From contig OZ231126.1 in assembly GCA_965153355.1 (NCBI GenBank), positions 42,532,001 to 42,596,000 of the forward strand: a DNA stretch of 64,000 nucleotides. The letters are read 5' to 3'. A model generated the notes under the pieces. The model ran no database searches. It had not been told where the DNA came from and was given only the letters and a program-made list of their open reading frames with translations. The stretch's first letter is position 1; each line of letters opens with the position of its first letter. Position numbers and translations under genes: made by a program. The stretch is from Flaccisagitta enflata. Lineage: Eukaryota. Positions 26,736 through 42,566 of the stretch are shown here, piece by piece.

Positions 26736-27275
26736 TGTAAGAGGATATTTTCCCCTTACCTTCAGAGCGTCGACATATCGAGTGAGTGCAAAGGCCAGTA
26801 TGCGTCCGTCCACTGACGCTTGTTATCACACGACTATGAAAGTCAGATAGTATCTCATCAAGTCTTTACACAACGTGTCTCCGATAGTTCCACGTAAGCA
26901 TTCATCAACAACTGGCACTATGTATATGTATTATGGCTCTGGAAATCAAGAAGCAACAAGTAGTGTACCACGATTCCAATAGACGACCCAAAACACTATC
27001 ATTAAAGCCTCAGGCATATATCTAATATCTAAAGGGAGAAAGAGAAATATAACAAATGTTATGCGCACAAGCAATAGTATAAGAATCGATCGTTTATATA
27101 AATATCAATAACAATATGGATCAAGACTCATATACGACTTAAACGCAATCGAAATATAACTCATATATAACTTCAATCTTCATCCATGATTCTAATCGTC
27201 CATAGATCCATCATAGCGCCATCGTCCATCTACCGATATCCGTTGTCGCCTCCACACAATATTCTACCTGTAACA
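26736..27275 (-). mobile_element. 5' LTR (right arm, inverted)
   Basis: tgtaa...tgtaaca on +, reverse complement of 23362-23903. Confidence 0.72.
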
Positions 27276-27911
27276 CACTTTGACTTTTTTATGATTTTAT
27301 TTCTTTGACCTCACTGCTCCTGCTCAAATGGTCTGGTGACCTCAAATATGGCCCCTGCCAACCCGCACGCAACTTCGGTAGCCGTGTATCCGGCCTTGTT
27401 TATTGTAACTTTTGTACAAATTGAGCTGGAAGGTTCTGCTTGGTCTAGATCGAAAGATAATTTCTTGGAGATCATTTTTGGTTTTTTTAAAAAGCTAAAT
27501 TCATTAAGACTAAGGCAAGTTATGGAAGGTTTAACTTGGTGCTATAAACATTTCCTAGGTAGCATAGGTGTCACGAACTATTGATTTTAAAAATCGACCA
27601 GGTCGAATGAATCATGGTCAAACCCCCCTAAAAAATCTCTTTCCCTACACACAGACCTACAATGACAACTGCAGCATCTTAAATGCTCGTTTTAACACAA
27701 ACTAGATCATCATGGACTGACCAATGGATCAGCAGAATTGATAAAGCCTCCTAGAGTTGTGAGTAGTGAGTGGGTGACTAAAAACGGACCACTGCTCACT
27801 TCTTATTAGTGAAAATAAAAGTCCATGAAAGGCTCTGTCTGTCCTTTGGTACATAGGTCCGTCAGTCATGCTCCATTTGAAAAGTGTGAAAATGCACATT
27901 TGAAATACTGC

Positions 27912-28036
<125 letters not shown>

Positions 28037-28384
28037 TTTCTGTAATTGCTTGTGTGTGTGTGCATCAGAGGGAGGGGTTGCTGTACCACCTGTACGCCAC
28101 TTTGTACGCGGGGAATACACACTGATGCTGTCAAGGTTTTCATCATGATTTGACGTTGAGGTTGAGTTCCTCAGATGACACGAAAAAGACCGAATATGTA
28201 CACTGATAAACCCACAGTCGCGTGGTAGTTTGGGAGGGGTGCCTGTAACATCTCACAGTAACTTAGGGAAACGTGTTTCAAAAAGCGTCAGATCACGTGA
28301 TTGAAGCAAAGAGATTTACGCCATCATTGTTGCCGCTTTGCCCTGGATTGATCGTCTTTTATTCGAAACCTCTTTCCCCTTCCC

Positions 28385-29365
<981 letters not shown>

Positions 29366-30326
29366 TACTCTAAACCATCTCTGTCTGTGTCAGGCAGCAC
29401 TCTTTTTCTGTTGCCCTATTTGCTGTTGCTACTCTGAATTATGGAAGAGAGAGGCCTGCACTGGCTTGTCATCGTTGAGTGTGGAGAGAGAGAGAGAGGG
29501 AGAAGAAGAGAGAGAGAGAGAGAGAGAACTAGAAAGACAGACAGATAGACAGAAAGACAGACAGAAGTATGGTAAGGAGTTGGTCGCAATAGCGTTAGAT
29601 GGTCAGCGCTACCCGATGCCTTTAAGTGCAGGTAAAGATGAGATGGCGAGAGGGGCAGCAACACAGATGGGGTTCAATGACCTATGATCTAGGGGGACTC
29701 ATGGCGGTAAGTTTTAGAGCACGTATTTATTCCATGGCGAATGAGTAATGACATCAATGGAACATCAAAGGAACAAACAAAACCCCATCTACAAGCGCAA
29801 ATACCCCAACAAACAACCTCAACCAACCAGGCCGACAAAAAGCATGCTACTCAGTGTCAGGCCCACACCCACGCGCCCCCGCGCAACTTGAGACTGGAAT
29901 TTGAGCTGTGAGACTGAAATCTAGGCAGTTACTCCCTACTAGTTATTAGGGTGAGATTTAAAACTTTAGGCTGGGGTCTGAGCCTGGAGGATGGTCCTGA
30001 GGCTGGTATTGGCGCCTTGAAGCTGGAATTGAGGCCTTGAAACTGAGACTGAGGCCTCTAAGCTTGGGTTTGAGCCTCAAGGCATGAATGTGGGCTTTGA
30101 CTGAAAAGAGGACGTAATGGGATGAGAAGGAGAAACTTTAATACATATGGAAGCATAGATCATCGACCTTCGGAGCCACTGCCCAAGAAAGGGCAGGAGG
30201 TCCGTGGTTAACATTTGTGTTCTTCATTTGGTTGCTGTGCCCAACTCAGTTCGTAAACCAGTAATTCGTGATCACTTGAGCGCAACCTCGACATGAGCAA
30301 CAGGTTCTAGATGAGAAGAGAGAGAT

Positions 30327-30359
<33 letters not shown>

Positions 30360-30741
30360 CACAGACAGATAGAGAGAGTAGAAAGAGGGGTGGTGGGGTG
30401 GTAATGCCTGCTCCTGCCCACCCGTCCACCCGCCCAACTTTGAGTTACTTTATAGCAGTCTAAATTTATATCTAAGCTGATTTTGTTCCACAACCCATTT
30501 TTGAATTCTGCAGTCCCGGCAATTTTTTCCCATCCTTCCCCCTATTTTCCTTCTCCTCCTCCTTCTCCATCTCCTTCCCTTTGCTCGTGTCTCCATTTTC
30601 TTTGTTCCCATCCTTCCTTTATCCTTCCCTTGCTTTTCCTTATCCATTCTCGCCAGTTGTCACTTTCCTTTTCCCTCGTTTTCTCCTCGTCTCTCAACTT
30701 CTCTCTTCAGCTGTCCCATGAGAATTCCGCAACGATCATTC

Positions 30742-30859
<118 letters not shown>

Positions 30860-31174
30860 CTCTCTATCGCACAAACACACTTTCTAGGAATCTTTTTCTT
30901 TCTGCCCTGTTTCCTTGCCTTCCCCCTGCCCTTTTCCATCTCGTACATGTTACTCATTCATCTTTTTTTTTACCTGCTTTTTTTTCCTCTCTCTTTTTTT
31001 TCATCTTTTTTTTTGCCTTTATACCGCTACTCATTTCCTTCTGTTTCCTTTTCTTTTCTCTGCCTGTTTTCTTCTTTTTTGTAATTTTTATCTTCTCTTT
31101 CTGTTTCACTTTCTTGCTTTCCTTATTTCTTGCTTTCCGTATTTCTCTCCTCCCTTCCTCCTTCTTTCCCCCTC

Positions 31175-31290
<116 letters not shown>

Positions 31291-31855
31291 GTTTCTTTGT
31301 TTCTTTGTTTCTTTGTTTCTTTGTTTCTTTCTTTGTTTCTTTCTGTCTTTCTTTCTTTTTTTCTTTCTGTCTATCTTTCTTTCTGACTTTCTTTCTCTCT
31401 TTTTTTTCTATCTTTTTTTCTTTCTGTCTATCTTTCTTTCTTTCTTATCTAAATTCTTTCTTTTTTTTTTTCGTCTTTCGTTCTTTACATTTTGATTTTT
31501 TGACACTTTTTTCTATTTTTATTTCCACTGTTCCGTTCATTCCTCAACAGCTCCTCATCCTTCTTGATAGCCTCCTACTGTTTTCATCATTGGGCCCTTC
31601 TCAAGTATAATCTTTGTAATTTTTTTATCCTATCCCTAAGCTAATTTTCCCTTTGATAATCACCTGTAACTCAAGATGACCATTCTCATTTCACCTCAGA
31701 AGTACCGTTAAACCATCTAAGGAATAAGTGCATCCACACCTGTAAAAAAGCATCAACTGAGGAAAAGTGTTACTCTTGAAGAAATTGAGCCTTTGACCTT
31801 AATTTGTCGAGGGAGTCTGTCTCATATTAACATATGTTTCATAGCCCACTAAGAA

Positions 31856-32209
31856 ACAAGGCCAACACCTATAAGTCAAGTGCAGGACATAAATAGCTTA
31901 AGATGACTTGAATTGAGTTTAAATGACTCAAGGTGACCTGAAATGACTTAAAATGACTTTAATGACCATATTGACCTTATTGACTTTGGTGTCTTAATGT
32001 AACTCAATATCACTTAAAATGACTTAGAATGACTTAAAATGACTTAAAATGACTTATAAGGGTATTTGAGAAGGAGCTGTGAGCCCAAAAAGCTTTAAAA
32101 CGCCGAAAAAGTAAAAAGGGGACCGACCGACCGACCAACCGACTGACCGACCGACCGACCGACGGACCGACAAAGCGGGGTGTAGAGTCGCGTAGCACGC
32201 GACTAAAAA
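31856..32209 (-). mobile_element. HINE-like family 1 copy
   Basis: aacaaggccaacacctataagtc..., (aatgacttaa)n, (GACC)n, agtcgcgtagcacgcgactaaaaa. Confidence 0.7.
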
Positions 32210-32364
32210 CGTTTGTTTCATTCCCCTACGTACGCAGCTGCATCAGCCCAACCATACGTAACTTATTTTGTCGCGTGTCAGGTTTTTTTTCCAATCCTCA
32301 TGTCCATTGCCTGCTATCGCGATATTGCTTTGATCTCGTCCGCTGTTTTCTCGCCTTCTCTCCT

Positions 32365-32620
<256 letters not shown>

Positions 32621-34616
32621 TGTGTTCTTTTCATTTTGTTCTTTTTAGTCGCGAACATGCGACTCTAGACCCTGCCGTGTCGGTCGGTCGGTCACGTCAC
32701 GTCACGTCACATTTCTGTTTCCTGCTCCTTCCCACCCGTCCACGACTGGGGGGGGGGGAGAGTGTATAGTATACGGCCTTGTTTCTCCTTGTTATCCAGC
32801 GTCCTACCCTCTTTCTTCCCCCTCCTTTCTTCTCCACACCTCTTCTACCATTCTTCCTCCTCCCTCTCCTCCTCCTTCTTCTCCTCCTCCTTTCCCCCTC
32901 CTCCTTCTCCCCCTTGTAATCCCTTCTCATCGCTTCAAAGCTTTCAGTGGGAATATCCAAGGAATCTCTTTTACAAAGAGGCAAATAATAAGCAAAGAAA
33001 GCAGCAGAACCACTACCTCCGGGACTGCCGCGACCGCCACCGCCGCCATCACCATCAACGTCACCGCAACCGCCACCGCCGCCACCATTGCCACTATCGC
33101 CATCACCATCACCACCATCACCAACACCACTGCCACCGTCACCATTGCCGCAGCCACAACCGCTAATAAATTGTCGTTGCCCGGCACTTGCCCCCCTTTC
33201 CCCTTTCCCTTTCCACTTGATACTCATTTCTGCCATTAATATCAACACTTTCGCAAAAGGCGCATTGTGTTGTTGGTATTGTCGCAAATTACGCTGTGAC
33301 CGTTGCTTAGACTTGCAATGATGACGAGGCACCTTCTTTTTAAGGACTTTTCACCACTGGCTCTATCCACTAAGTCTCACAGTCATCTGAGCTCGATATC
33401 GGCCATGTACATATTATACGGGCTTGGACTGTTTTTGTTGCCAGCGCGCGATTCTTTAGCCCGCTATGTCGATCGGTATTTTGGTCTCTCGGTCTGTCGG
33501 TCTGTATATCTGTCTGCCGGTCCATCTGTCGGTACTCAGTAGTATAACATTCACGGTTTTTTGCATCACTGCCCCTGCCCAAATGATTTTTTGACCAATT
33601 CTACTACTTCCCCTGCCTACCCACACGCGACATGTGTGTCCGGCCTTTTCTTCCATTCTTTTGAATTGTGATTTGTCATCTCAGTGAAAAACCTCATTAC
33701 TTTCGATGACTTACTTTACCCGATATCCGGTTGCAGACATGAACAGTATAATCCCACCTTAGCCAATAGAAAAATAACCGTATGTTATGAAAGAGACACC
33801 ATAGACATCGTAAGAAGCTAAATCGATCTGACATTGCACGTGAACTCTATTTTCTGGACGGGCTCTATGGCTCCTCTGTTTTGATGAAACCAAAGCCGGA
33901 TTACACGACCACCAAAGTCGCGGGCGAGTGAGCAGGAGCAGTGATAAAAATGGCTGAGCAGTAATGCAAAAACTACGCATAAAATAAAAAGAAAAAGAAA
34001 AGTGTTACAGACCGACAGGCTGACCAATGGACCAACGGACTTACAGACTGATCATTAGACCAACTGATAGATCGTCCGACAGGCATAGTGACTTTTAGAG
34101 TTGCGTGCACGCGCCTAAAGATATTGATTTGTTTTCTTCTTGCAAATGATATTCATCAACTTGCGTGTTACAAACTATACAAACACATGTAAACAAAAGC
34201 TAGTTTATTTAATTTTGTTTTGTTTCCATATCCATCAACTTTTTAGTGGCGGACCAGTGGCTCTATCAGAGGCTTTATCCATCTCTCTGTCTGTCCATCG
34301 GTCCGCCCGTTGGTCTGTCGGTCCGTTGGTCGATCTGTGGGTCCCAGTTGAGATAAAAAGTGTAAAACCGCACAATTTCCATGCCGCGGTTGTGATTGTT
34401 TTTGTGTCTGTGTGAGTGAAAGTCAGTTAGATGCCCACGCCCGTCCGTCCGTGACCACATAGTCACCCCGCGGTATTTGTTCTATTTCATCCAAGTCAGC
34501 TCCATCTCCCAGCTCTCAGTCCCACTAATTCCGCGCTGTTTATACACTGATTTATCATATTCAGTACCTCTGTACTTGTGTTTCTCTGCGTCTGACCATT
34601 TATATGTCTGTCTGAC

Positions 34617-34663
<47 letters not shown>

Positions 34664-34728
34664 GTCTCTGTCTCTGTCTCTGTCTCTGTCTCTATCTCTG
34701 CCTCTGCCTCTGCCTCTGCCTCTGCCTC

Positions 34729-34905
<177 letters not shown>

Positions 34906-36007
34906 AGAAAGCGCCAAATTGATTACATTTGGCGTTTATAAACCACGCAGCATCGTAGATCGGCTATCGGCATTCCTCCCACGTCCTTCACTTGGGCCGT
35001 CTTATAATCCTCTCGTTCCCACGCAAGCATCGATATAAGATACGTTAGACAGCCTGAGCTGACTCTGCCTGACATTTACAGACTCTGCCTCTGACTATTG
35101 CTTGACTCTGCCTGACCCTGCCTGACACTTGCAGACTTTGCCTAACTTTGCCTTACTCTGCTGAACTCCGTGACTCAGCCTGACTCAGGCTGGCTGCTGT
35201 CCTCTGCCTGTGTATGAATTCCTGACTATGACTTTGCGGTCTCTGCTCAACTCTGCCTGACATGGTTTGACGTAATCTCAAAATGAAATCATTTATCTAC
35301 AAAATCGCCCACGATATCGCCATCTTTGATAAGTTTCTTTTCTCTCACTAACTTACTAACTGAAACAGACAGCGAACAATGTCATTACGCCGCTTTTGCG
35401 ATCCCTTTATACAGCAAGTGACAAAATGAATCCCTGCGAGAGGCGAAATCTAGCGTTGCATATGAAAGTTAGACAACATTACTACTCAATCCCATCTAAG
35501 AAGCGCATGAATATCATGTACACAGCCGGGGCGACATCGAAATGAAGTAGTGCTTTGCAAGCTTTAACGAAAAGACAAAGAAAATAATGAAAGATTTATT
35601 GTGATGAAGTCAGTGAAAAGATTGAGTAAGAGGCTTGGTGAAACCACGAAGCTGCGTTATATAGCCTCGATAGATTGAGGACTTTCGCAAAATCCACCAA
35701 TAATTGCAATATTTGTGAACGGATGATTATGGATGCAAATGAGTATTTAGCTTGAGCTTAGCTTTCCCTTTGAAGCTTTTTCAGCAAATTTTGCCTTTAT
35801 ATCATTCAGTGCACAAGTGGATAAATGTCTTCAATCCGAAGAGCATTCCATTTTCGGGCAACGGCCCCGAAGTGGCTGATGTCCTATGTCTCACATATGT
35901 GGAATTTGTTTTTATTCTTCTTGTCTTTTTTCTCCGCCCATTCCCTATGAAACAAATTCCAGCCTCAAGGCTCATGTCGAGGCCTCAAGGCTAAAATCTC
36001 AGCCTTA

Positions 36008-36765
36008 CTACCTAGGAAATAATTATACCACCAAAATAAGTTTCTGCCCATTACTGGACTTGAAAAGTACAAGAAAAGGTTTTCAGGCGTCTTGATTTTT
36101 TGTGTGTCATCTCTCCTGCCCAGTAACTACTTGCACTCATGGCGGTACCAATCATTTTTAGACTTTTACTGTCAAATGGCCTGACATGTTCTAGCGCATT
36201 CAGCGTGGTTCTCTGAAAAGTCAATCTGAGGAGCGCATTACAGTCCATATTTATGACGTCTTTATGATCTCGTTTTGAGCTAGAAAAAGTCCCTTTGAAG
36301 TAAGTGAATGTAGTTGTATACATCATGTATCAGGAAGAAAAAATTTGCCATGTCTCCTTAAGGTTGGGGCCAAAAACGAATAAAAAAGCTGACCCATTTT
36401 TTTGAAAATTAGCATCTGACATCGATTCACGTTTTCAGTCGCGTGCACGCCACTCTACAACCCGCTTTGTCCGTCGGTCGGTTGGTCGGTCACTTCTTTT
36501 ATGATTTTATTTCTTTGACCTCAATGCTCCTGCACAAATGGTCTGGTGACCTCAAATATGCCCCCTGCCAACCCGCACGCAACTTCGGTAGCCGTGTATC
36601 CGGCCTTGTCTATTGTAACTCAATTGAGCTGGAAGGTTCTGCTTGGTCTAGATCGAAAGATAATTTCTTGGAGATCATTTTTGGTTTTTTTAAAAAGCTA
36701 AATTCATTAAGATTAAGGCAAGTTATGGAAGGTTTAACTTGGTGCTATAAACATTTCCTAAGTAG
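36008..36765. mobile_element. TA-flanked MITE (Tc1/mariner-like) with a nested HINE (~36432-36610)
   Basis: TIRs CTACCTAGGAAAT..TATACCACCA and TGGTGCTATA..ATTTCCTAAGTAG; TA on both sides (36006-36007, 36766-36767); it interrupts a family-2 element. Confidence 0.65.
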
Positions 36766-37279
36766 TAAGGTTAAAATGTCAGTCCCAAGGTTCAGATCAT
36801 ATCCTCATGACTCCAATCCCAGCATCGAGGCTTAAATTTCAGCCTTTTGGCACAAGTCCATGTCTAGAATAAATCATTTGCTTCTTATAGGTTTCTGCCT
36901 CCCTCATCACAATGTCTCCACACACTCTGACTGAGGGGCAACGTATACCGTTGAACATTAGACGCTGTTGCGACAATTATTCTCTATGATTTTAGTCGCG
37001 TGCTAGGCGACTCTACACCCCGCTTTGTCGGTCCGTCCATCCGTCCGTCCGTCCGTCGGTCTGTCAGTCCGACCGTCGGTCTGTCAGTCCATCAGTCAGT
37101 CAGTCCGTCCGTCACACTATACTTTTTCGGCGTTTATGGGGTTTTCGAATTTTCGGCCTTACTGCTCCTGCACATATACTCCACTTACCTCAAATACAGC
37201 CCCTGCTCACCCGCACACGACTGGGGTAGCCGTGTATCCGGCCTTATTATTAAACTCACTGGCGATGTCATGCCTAATA

Positions 37280-38069
37280 CCAGTAATGGCGGCTGTCGCC
37301 GTGAGGAAAAAAGTCGTAAGCGTTGGTCACTTTTCACCAAGTTTTTGCTTTCAGTCACTGCAAATCTTTCTATTTGTTAGATCAAATCAAAAGCAATTGA
37401 TTGCACTGAAAATCAGAAAAAAATAGGACAGGGCCAAGTGAGCTAGATGAGCTGAAATGCTCAAAATCACTCAACCACATAACCAGCTATGCTCACTGAT
37501 ATGCTTTCTTGTATTTGCATTCTCACATCAAAACATTTATTTATGCCCTTAAAAATCAGAAAATGATTGAGCTAACTGAGCTAAATGAGCTAAAATACTC
37601 AAAAACACAGATGAGCAGCTCTGCTCACTGACATGCTTTCTTGTATTTGCATGCTAAAACATGTATCAAAACATCTATTTATTCATCGCATTTCAAATAA
37701 AAAAACAGATTGCGCTAAATGAGCTAAATGAGCAAAAATGCTCAAAAACACCCTCACAGATGAGCAGTTATGCTCATAAACATGTTTTCTTGTATTTGCA
37801 TGCTCAAACAAACTTAATTACACTCCTTTATTGATCCTACTTAAAATCATAAAAAATCGAAAAAAAATCAATTTGAATTTTTTGTAAATAAATCTTTAAA
37901 AATTCATAACACAAAAACTATTTGCCGTAGGGCATTCTACTTGGCGCCAAATGAAAGAGAATTATCAAATCAGCCCTAGGAGATTCCCAACTTCCTCATA
38001 AGAAAATGAAAACCCCGTTTCTCTCGAATATGTCAAAAAGTCGAAGACAGACTTCGACTTTTTTCCCGA
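37280..38069 (-). mobile_element. Non-autonomous Helitron-like element (790 bp)
   Basis: Minus strand reads G|TCGGGAAAAAAGTCG ... hairpin GGCGACAGCCGCC ATTA CTGG|T; no TSD relative to the empty site in copy A (~19475); three ~140-bp internal repeats. Confidence 0.7.
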
Positions 38070-38177
38070 CAAAGAGGTTAGTGACCGATCCCTGAATTCT
38101 ATGATTCTCAATGCAAGTGACACATCGAGTCTGTCACGAAATTAAACTTAATGGATCCATTTGCAGTCTTTAATTAG

Positions 38178-38226
<49 letters not shown>

Positions 38227-38284
38227 GAAATGGAGTGGGAGTGTTTCATTTTCGTTCTCGCATGGCTGGTCTATACCACTTTCA

Positions 38285-38371
<87 letters not shown>

Positions 38372-38500
38372 ATATCCTTCACTTAATCCCACGAGATCTT
38401 TCAGACTCTCAATTCAACGGGATTTCCCAATTCATATTTCAACTCCCCTTAAGGGTCGCCGACCGTGAGCAGCGCCTCTTCCTCCTTCCCCCTCCCCCAT

Positions 38501-38903
38501 TTTTTAGTTGCGTACACGCGACTCTACAGCCCGCTTTGTCGGTCCGTCGGTCTGTCCGGCGGTCCGTCCGTCCGTCGGTCCGTCCATCACACTTTACTTT
38601 TTTAGGATATAACGTCAACTCTTAAGTCATTTTGAGTTATTCAAGGGCATTAATAGTTATTCCAAGTCATTCTGAGTCATTCTAAGTCATTTTAAGTCAT
38701 TCTAAGTCATTCTAAGTCATTTTAAGTCATTTTTGGTCATTAGGGTCATTAGTCATTAAGAGTCTTTTTTGGTCATTTTAAGTCACTCTAAGTCATTCTA
38801 AGTCATTCTAAGTCATTATAAGTCATTCTAAGTCTTTCTAAGTCATTCGAAGTCATTCGAAGACTGTAAGTCTCGCACGCGACTTATGGGTGTTGGCCTT
38901 GTT
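38501..38903 (+). mobile_element. HINE-like family 1 copy, present in copy B only
   Basis: Inserted in a T-run with no recognisable TSD (empty site ~19020); 5' palindrome, GTCY tract, aagtcattct array, gcacgcgactt...ggccttgtt end. Confidence 0.78.
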
Positions 38904-38942
38904 TCTATTTCTAGCAAAAATTCAATCTCAAACAACTTTCAC

Positions 38943-39358
<416 letters not shown>

Positions 39359-40382
39359 ACACAAAGAAAACATTGTTCTTTTGTTTGCAAAGGAATCCAT
39401 GGAAGTGATTTCAAGATCTTCTTTTATCTCATTTGCATATTGTTGTCCGCATTTTATTAGATAAATTTTTAGTTTTTACCGGAAAAGACGTCCCAGAGAA
39501 AAAAATTAGGATACCTGGATCTAACATTATGCTACTTCCGTTTCCTGTATCACCGAGATAAAAAAATTTAGGGAACCCTTGCTATATTTTTCCTTGCATT
39601 CATGCTCAAACCGCATAATACGCCTTTGTAAAATGATTCAAAATTTCAAGCTCTTCAACCTGCGAATTCTAACGCTTCTTCGTTTTACATTGTTTCATTC
39701 TTTGAGGGGATCCGTTTTTACGAATTCCTGTAGGACTTTAATCCGTGGCTACGATCTTAGGGTTGGGGATTATGAAGTTAAAATCATTGCCACAGTCGCG
39801 TGCACGGGACTCTATAGCCCGCTGTGTGTGTCGGTTGGTCGGTCAGTCCGTGTTTGTTAGCTTTTTCAGCGTTTACAGGCGGTTTTTGCACTATACTTCT
39901 GCCAAAATGCTTGGGTCAGCCTTTTTGGGCAGCATCCCCAGAAGGCCGATAACAGGGGTGAAATTCCAGACCTACGTCCGTATGTCCATATGTCCATACG
40001 TCAGTTCCCCCGACACTACACAACCCCCTTTCAGGCCCCAAATAAGCTTTCTCAGGCCCTAAATTAGCCACCTCAGGTCCAAAATTAGCTCTCCCAGGCT
40101 TTTAATTAGCCTTCTTGGACCCAAAAATTGCTCTCTCAGGCCCAAACTCTGTCCTCTCAGGGCTAAAACTAGTCTTGTCATACCCAAAATCAAACTTATC
40201 CTTTGAGGGCTCATGATTGCCCTCAAATTTTCCCTCTTAGGTCTCAAATCTTCCACTTTCATCATCTCTTTCCATTCCCATCATCATCTGATCCTTCCAC
40301 CTCCCCCTTCCTCCTTTTCTCCATCATCTACCTTCACCATCTCCTTCCATTCCCATCATTATCTCATCTTTTCAGTTTTCAC

Positions 40383-40721
40383 TAGCCCACTAAGAAAACA
40401 CACTTTTTCATAGAAAAGTTCTCTATCAAAGAGATATGACTCAAAATCATAAAACTAGATGGTCCATGACAAAAATTTGGCCATGGGTCTTCTATAAAGT
40501 GTGCCCGCCACATACCCCATTTCCCATTATAAAAGATAGGAGGCTCTGCAGACCAAAATCCTCCTGTACATTTCCTATGGGATAGGGGGGTGGTGGCGGG
40601 CACACTTTAGAGAAGCCACAAGGTCAAATTTTTGTGTTGGACCATCTATATACATGATTTCGAGCCAGATTCCTTGGATAGAGAGCCTCGCCATGAAAAA
40701 GCGTTTTTTTATAGTGGGCTA
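40383..40721. mobile_element. hAT-like MITE (339 bp)
   Basis: TIRs TAGCCCACTA.. and ..TAGTGGGCTA; perfect 8-bp TSD GTTTTCAC; empty site in copy A (~14225). Confidence 0.88.
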
Positions 40722-41526
40722 GTTTTCACATCCCCCTTCCTCCTGCTCTCCATCTTCCACTTTCACCATCTCGTTCCATTTCCAACATCATCTGATCCTT
40801 CCACTTCCCCCTTCCTCCTTTTCTCCATCATCCTCCTTCACCATCTCCTTCCATTTACAACATCATCTGATCCTTCCACTTCCCCCTTCCTCCTTTTCTC
40901 CATCATCCACCTTCACCATCTCCTTCCATTTCCACCATCATCTGATCCTTCCACTTCCCCCTTCCTCCTTTTCTCCATCATCCACCTTCACCATCTCCTT
41001 CCATTTCCACCATCATCTGATCCTTCCACTTCCCCCTTCCTCCTTTTCTCTATCATCCGCCTTCACTATCTCCTTCCATTTCCACCATCATCTGATCCTT
41101 GGTTCGTTGCCTTGAATCCAATTAAGAACAAGTTGCGGACGAAGGAAAGAAAAGCGATTAGAAGAAATCGTCATTAATATTTGATTAAAAAACTTTAAAA
41201 GAAAAAAGAAATTAAAAAAAAAAACAAAACAGTTTAAGTAGTTCAGACCTTGAAGGGTGATGGAAACAAGAAGTGACACACATAATGAATTGAAAAAAAA
41301 AAAAAGAATTAACTATGTCAAAAGTTGAAAGAGACATGAATTGCTTCTGAGGTGGTGTTTTTTATTCTTTTTGCCGAAGGTGGACTACACTACATTAGTA
41401 AGAATTTAACTGTCGGACGTGCCAGGCGATGTTGTTTAGAATTAAGAGTAAGAATTCGCGCTTGGATGATAGGTGCAGACAAAATGCACACACACGAATC
41501 CATTCACGCACATGCACACACGAATC

Positions 41527-41620
<94 letters not shown>

Positions 41621-41628
41621 GACAGACA

Positions 41629-41687
<59 letters not shown>

Positions 41688-41781
41688 ACACTACACACAC
41701 ACACACACACACAGACAAACACACACCTCACACAAACACACACAAACACACACCTCACACAAACACACACACACTCACTCA

Positions 41782-41965
<184 letters not shown>

Positions 41966-42003
41966 CACACCTCACACAAACACACACAAACACACACCAC
42001 ACA

Positions 42004-42103
<100 letters not shown>

Positions 42104-42566
42104 GACAAACACACAATTCACACCCCATCCACTGCACTGGCCCCAACCAGATGCTGACTCTGTTTGTAATGAATCACGTAGTTGGAACTGATGATGGACT
42201 TCTGGTTGGCGAAAGCCGACCAGAACAAAATCATGATCTATGGAGTTTACATGGTATAGAATTTACGATCAAATGAATAAAAAAAAGATAAAGCATCGTT
42301 AGAGGAGATGGCATAAAGGAGGGGGGGGGCAAGAATGGACACAGTGACACGACATATACGCCAATAATAGACAATAATACATCCTAAAATATTAAAAAGA
42401 AATCAAAATTCGAAAGAAAACGGAAACCATGCTTTTTGGGTAGCGGCCCTAAAGGGTCGATGTCCTGTAGGACACAGGGGTGAATTTCCTTACCTCCATC
42501 TGTCCATCCGTCTGTCCGTCCTTGCATCCGTACATCCAACCCCCCTGAAGCTTCTCAATTCTCCAA

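Larger units (their letters stand above)
23000..27637. repeat. Near-perfect palindrome: arms 23000-25231 and 25388-27637, ~156-bp spacer
   Basis: The arms are reverse complements throughout (mirrored ORF pairs in the track) and differ by a few substitutions and short tandem duplications. Confidence 0.97.

Noticed and set aside
23362-27275. DIRS-like element or DNA transposon with long inverted termini
   Set aside because: The inversion extends ~360 bp into flanking HINE, MITE and hAT sequence, so it is a rearrangement and not an element's own ends; no tyrosine recombinase or RT is present.
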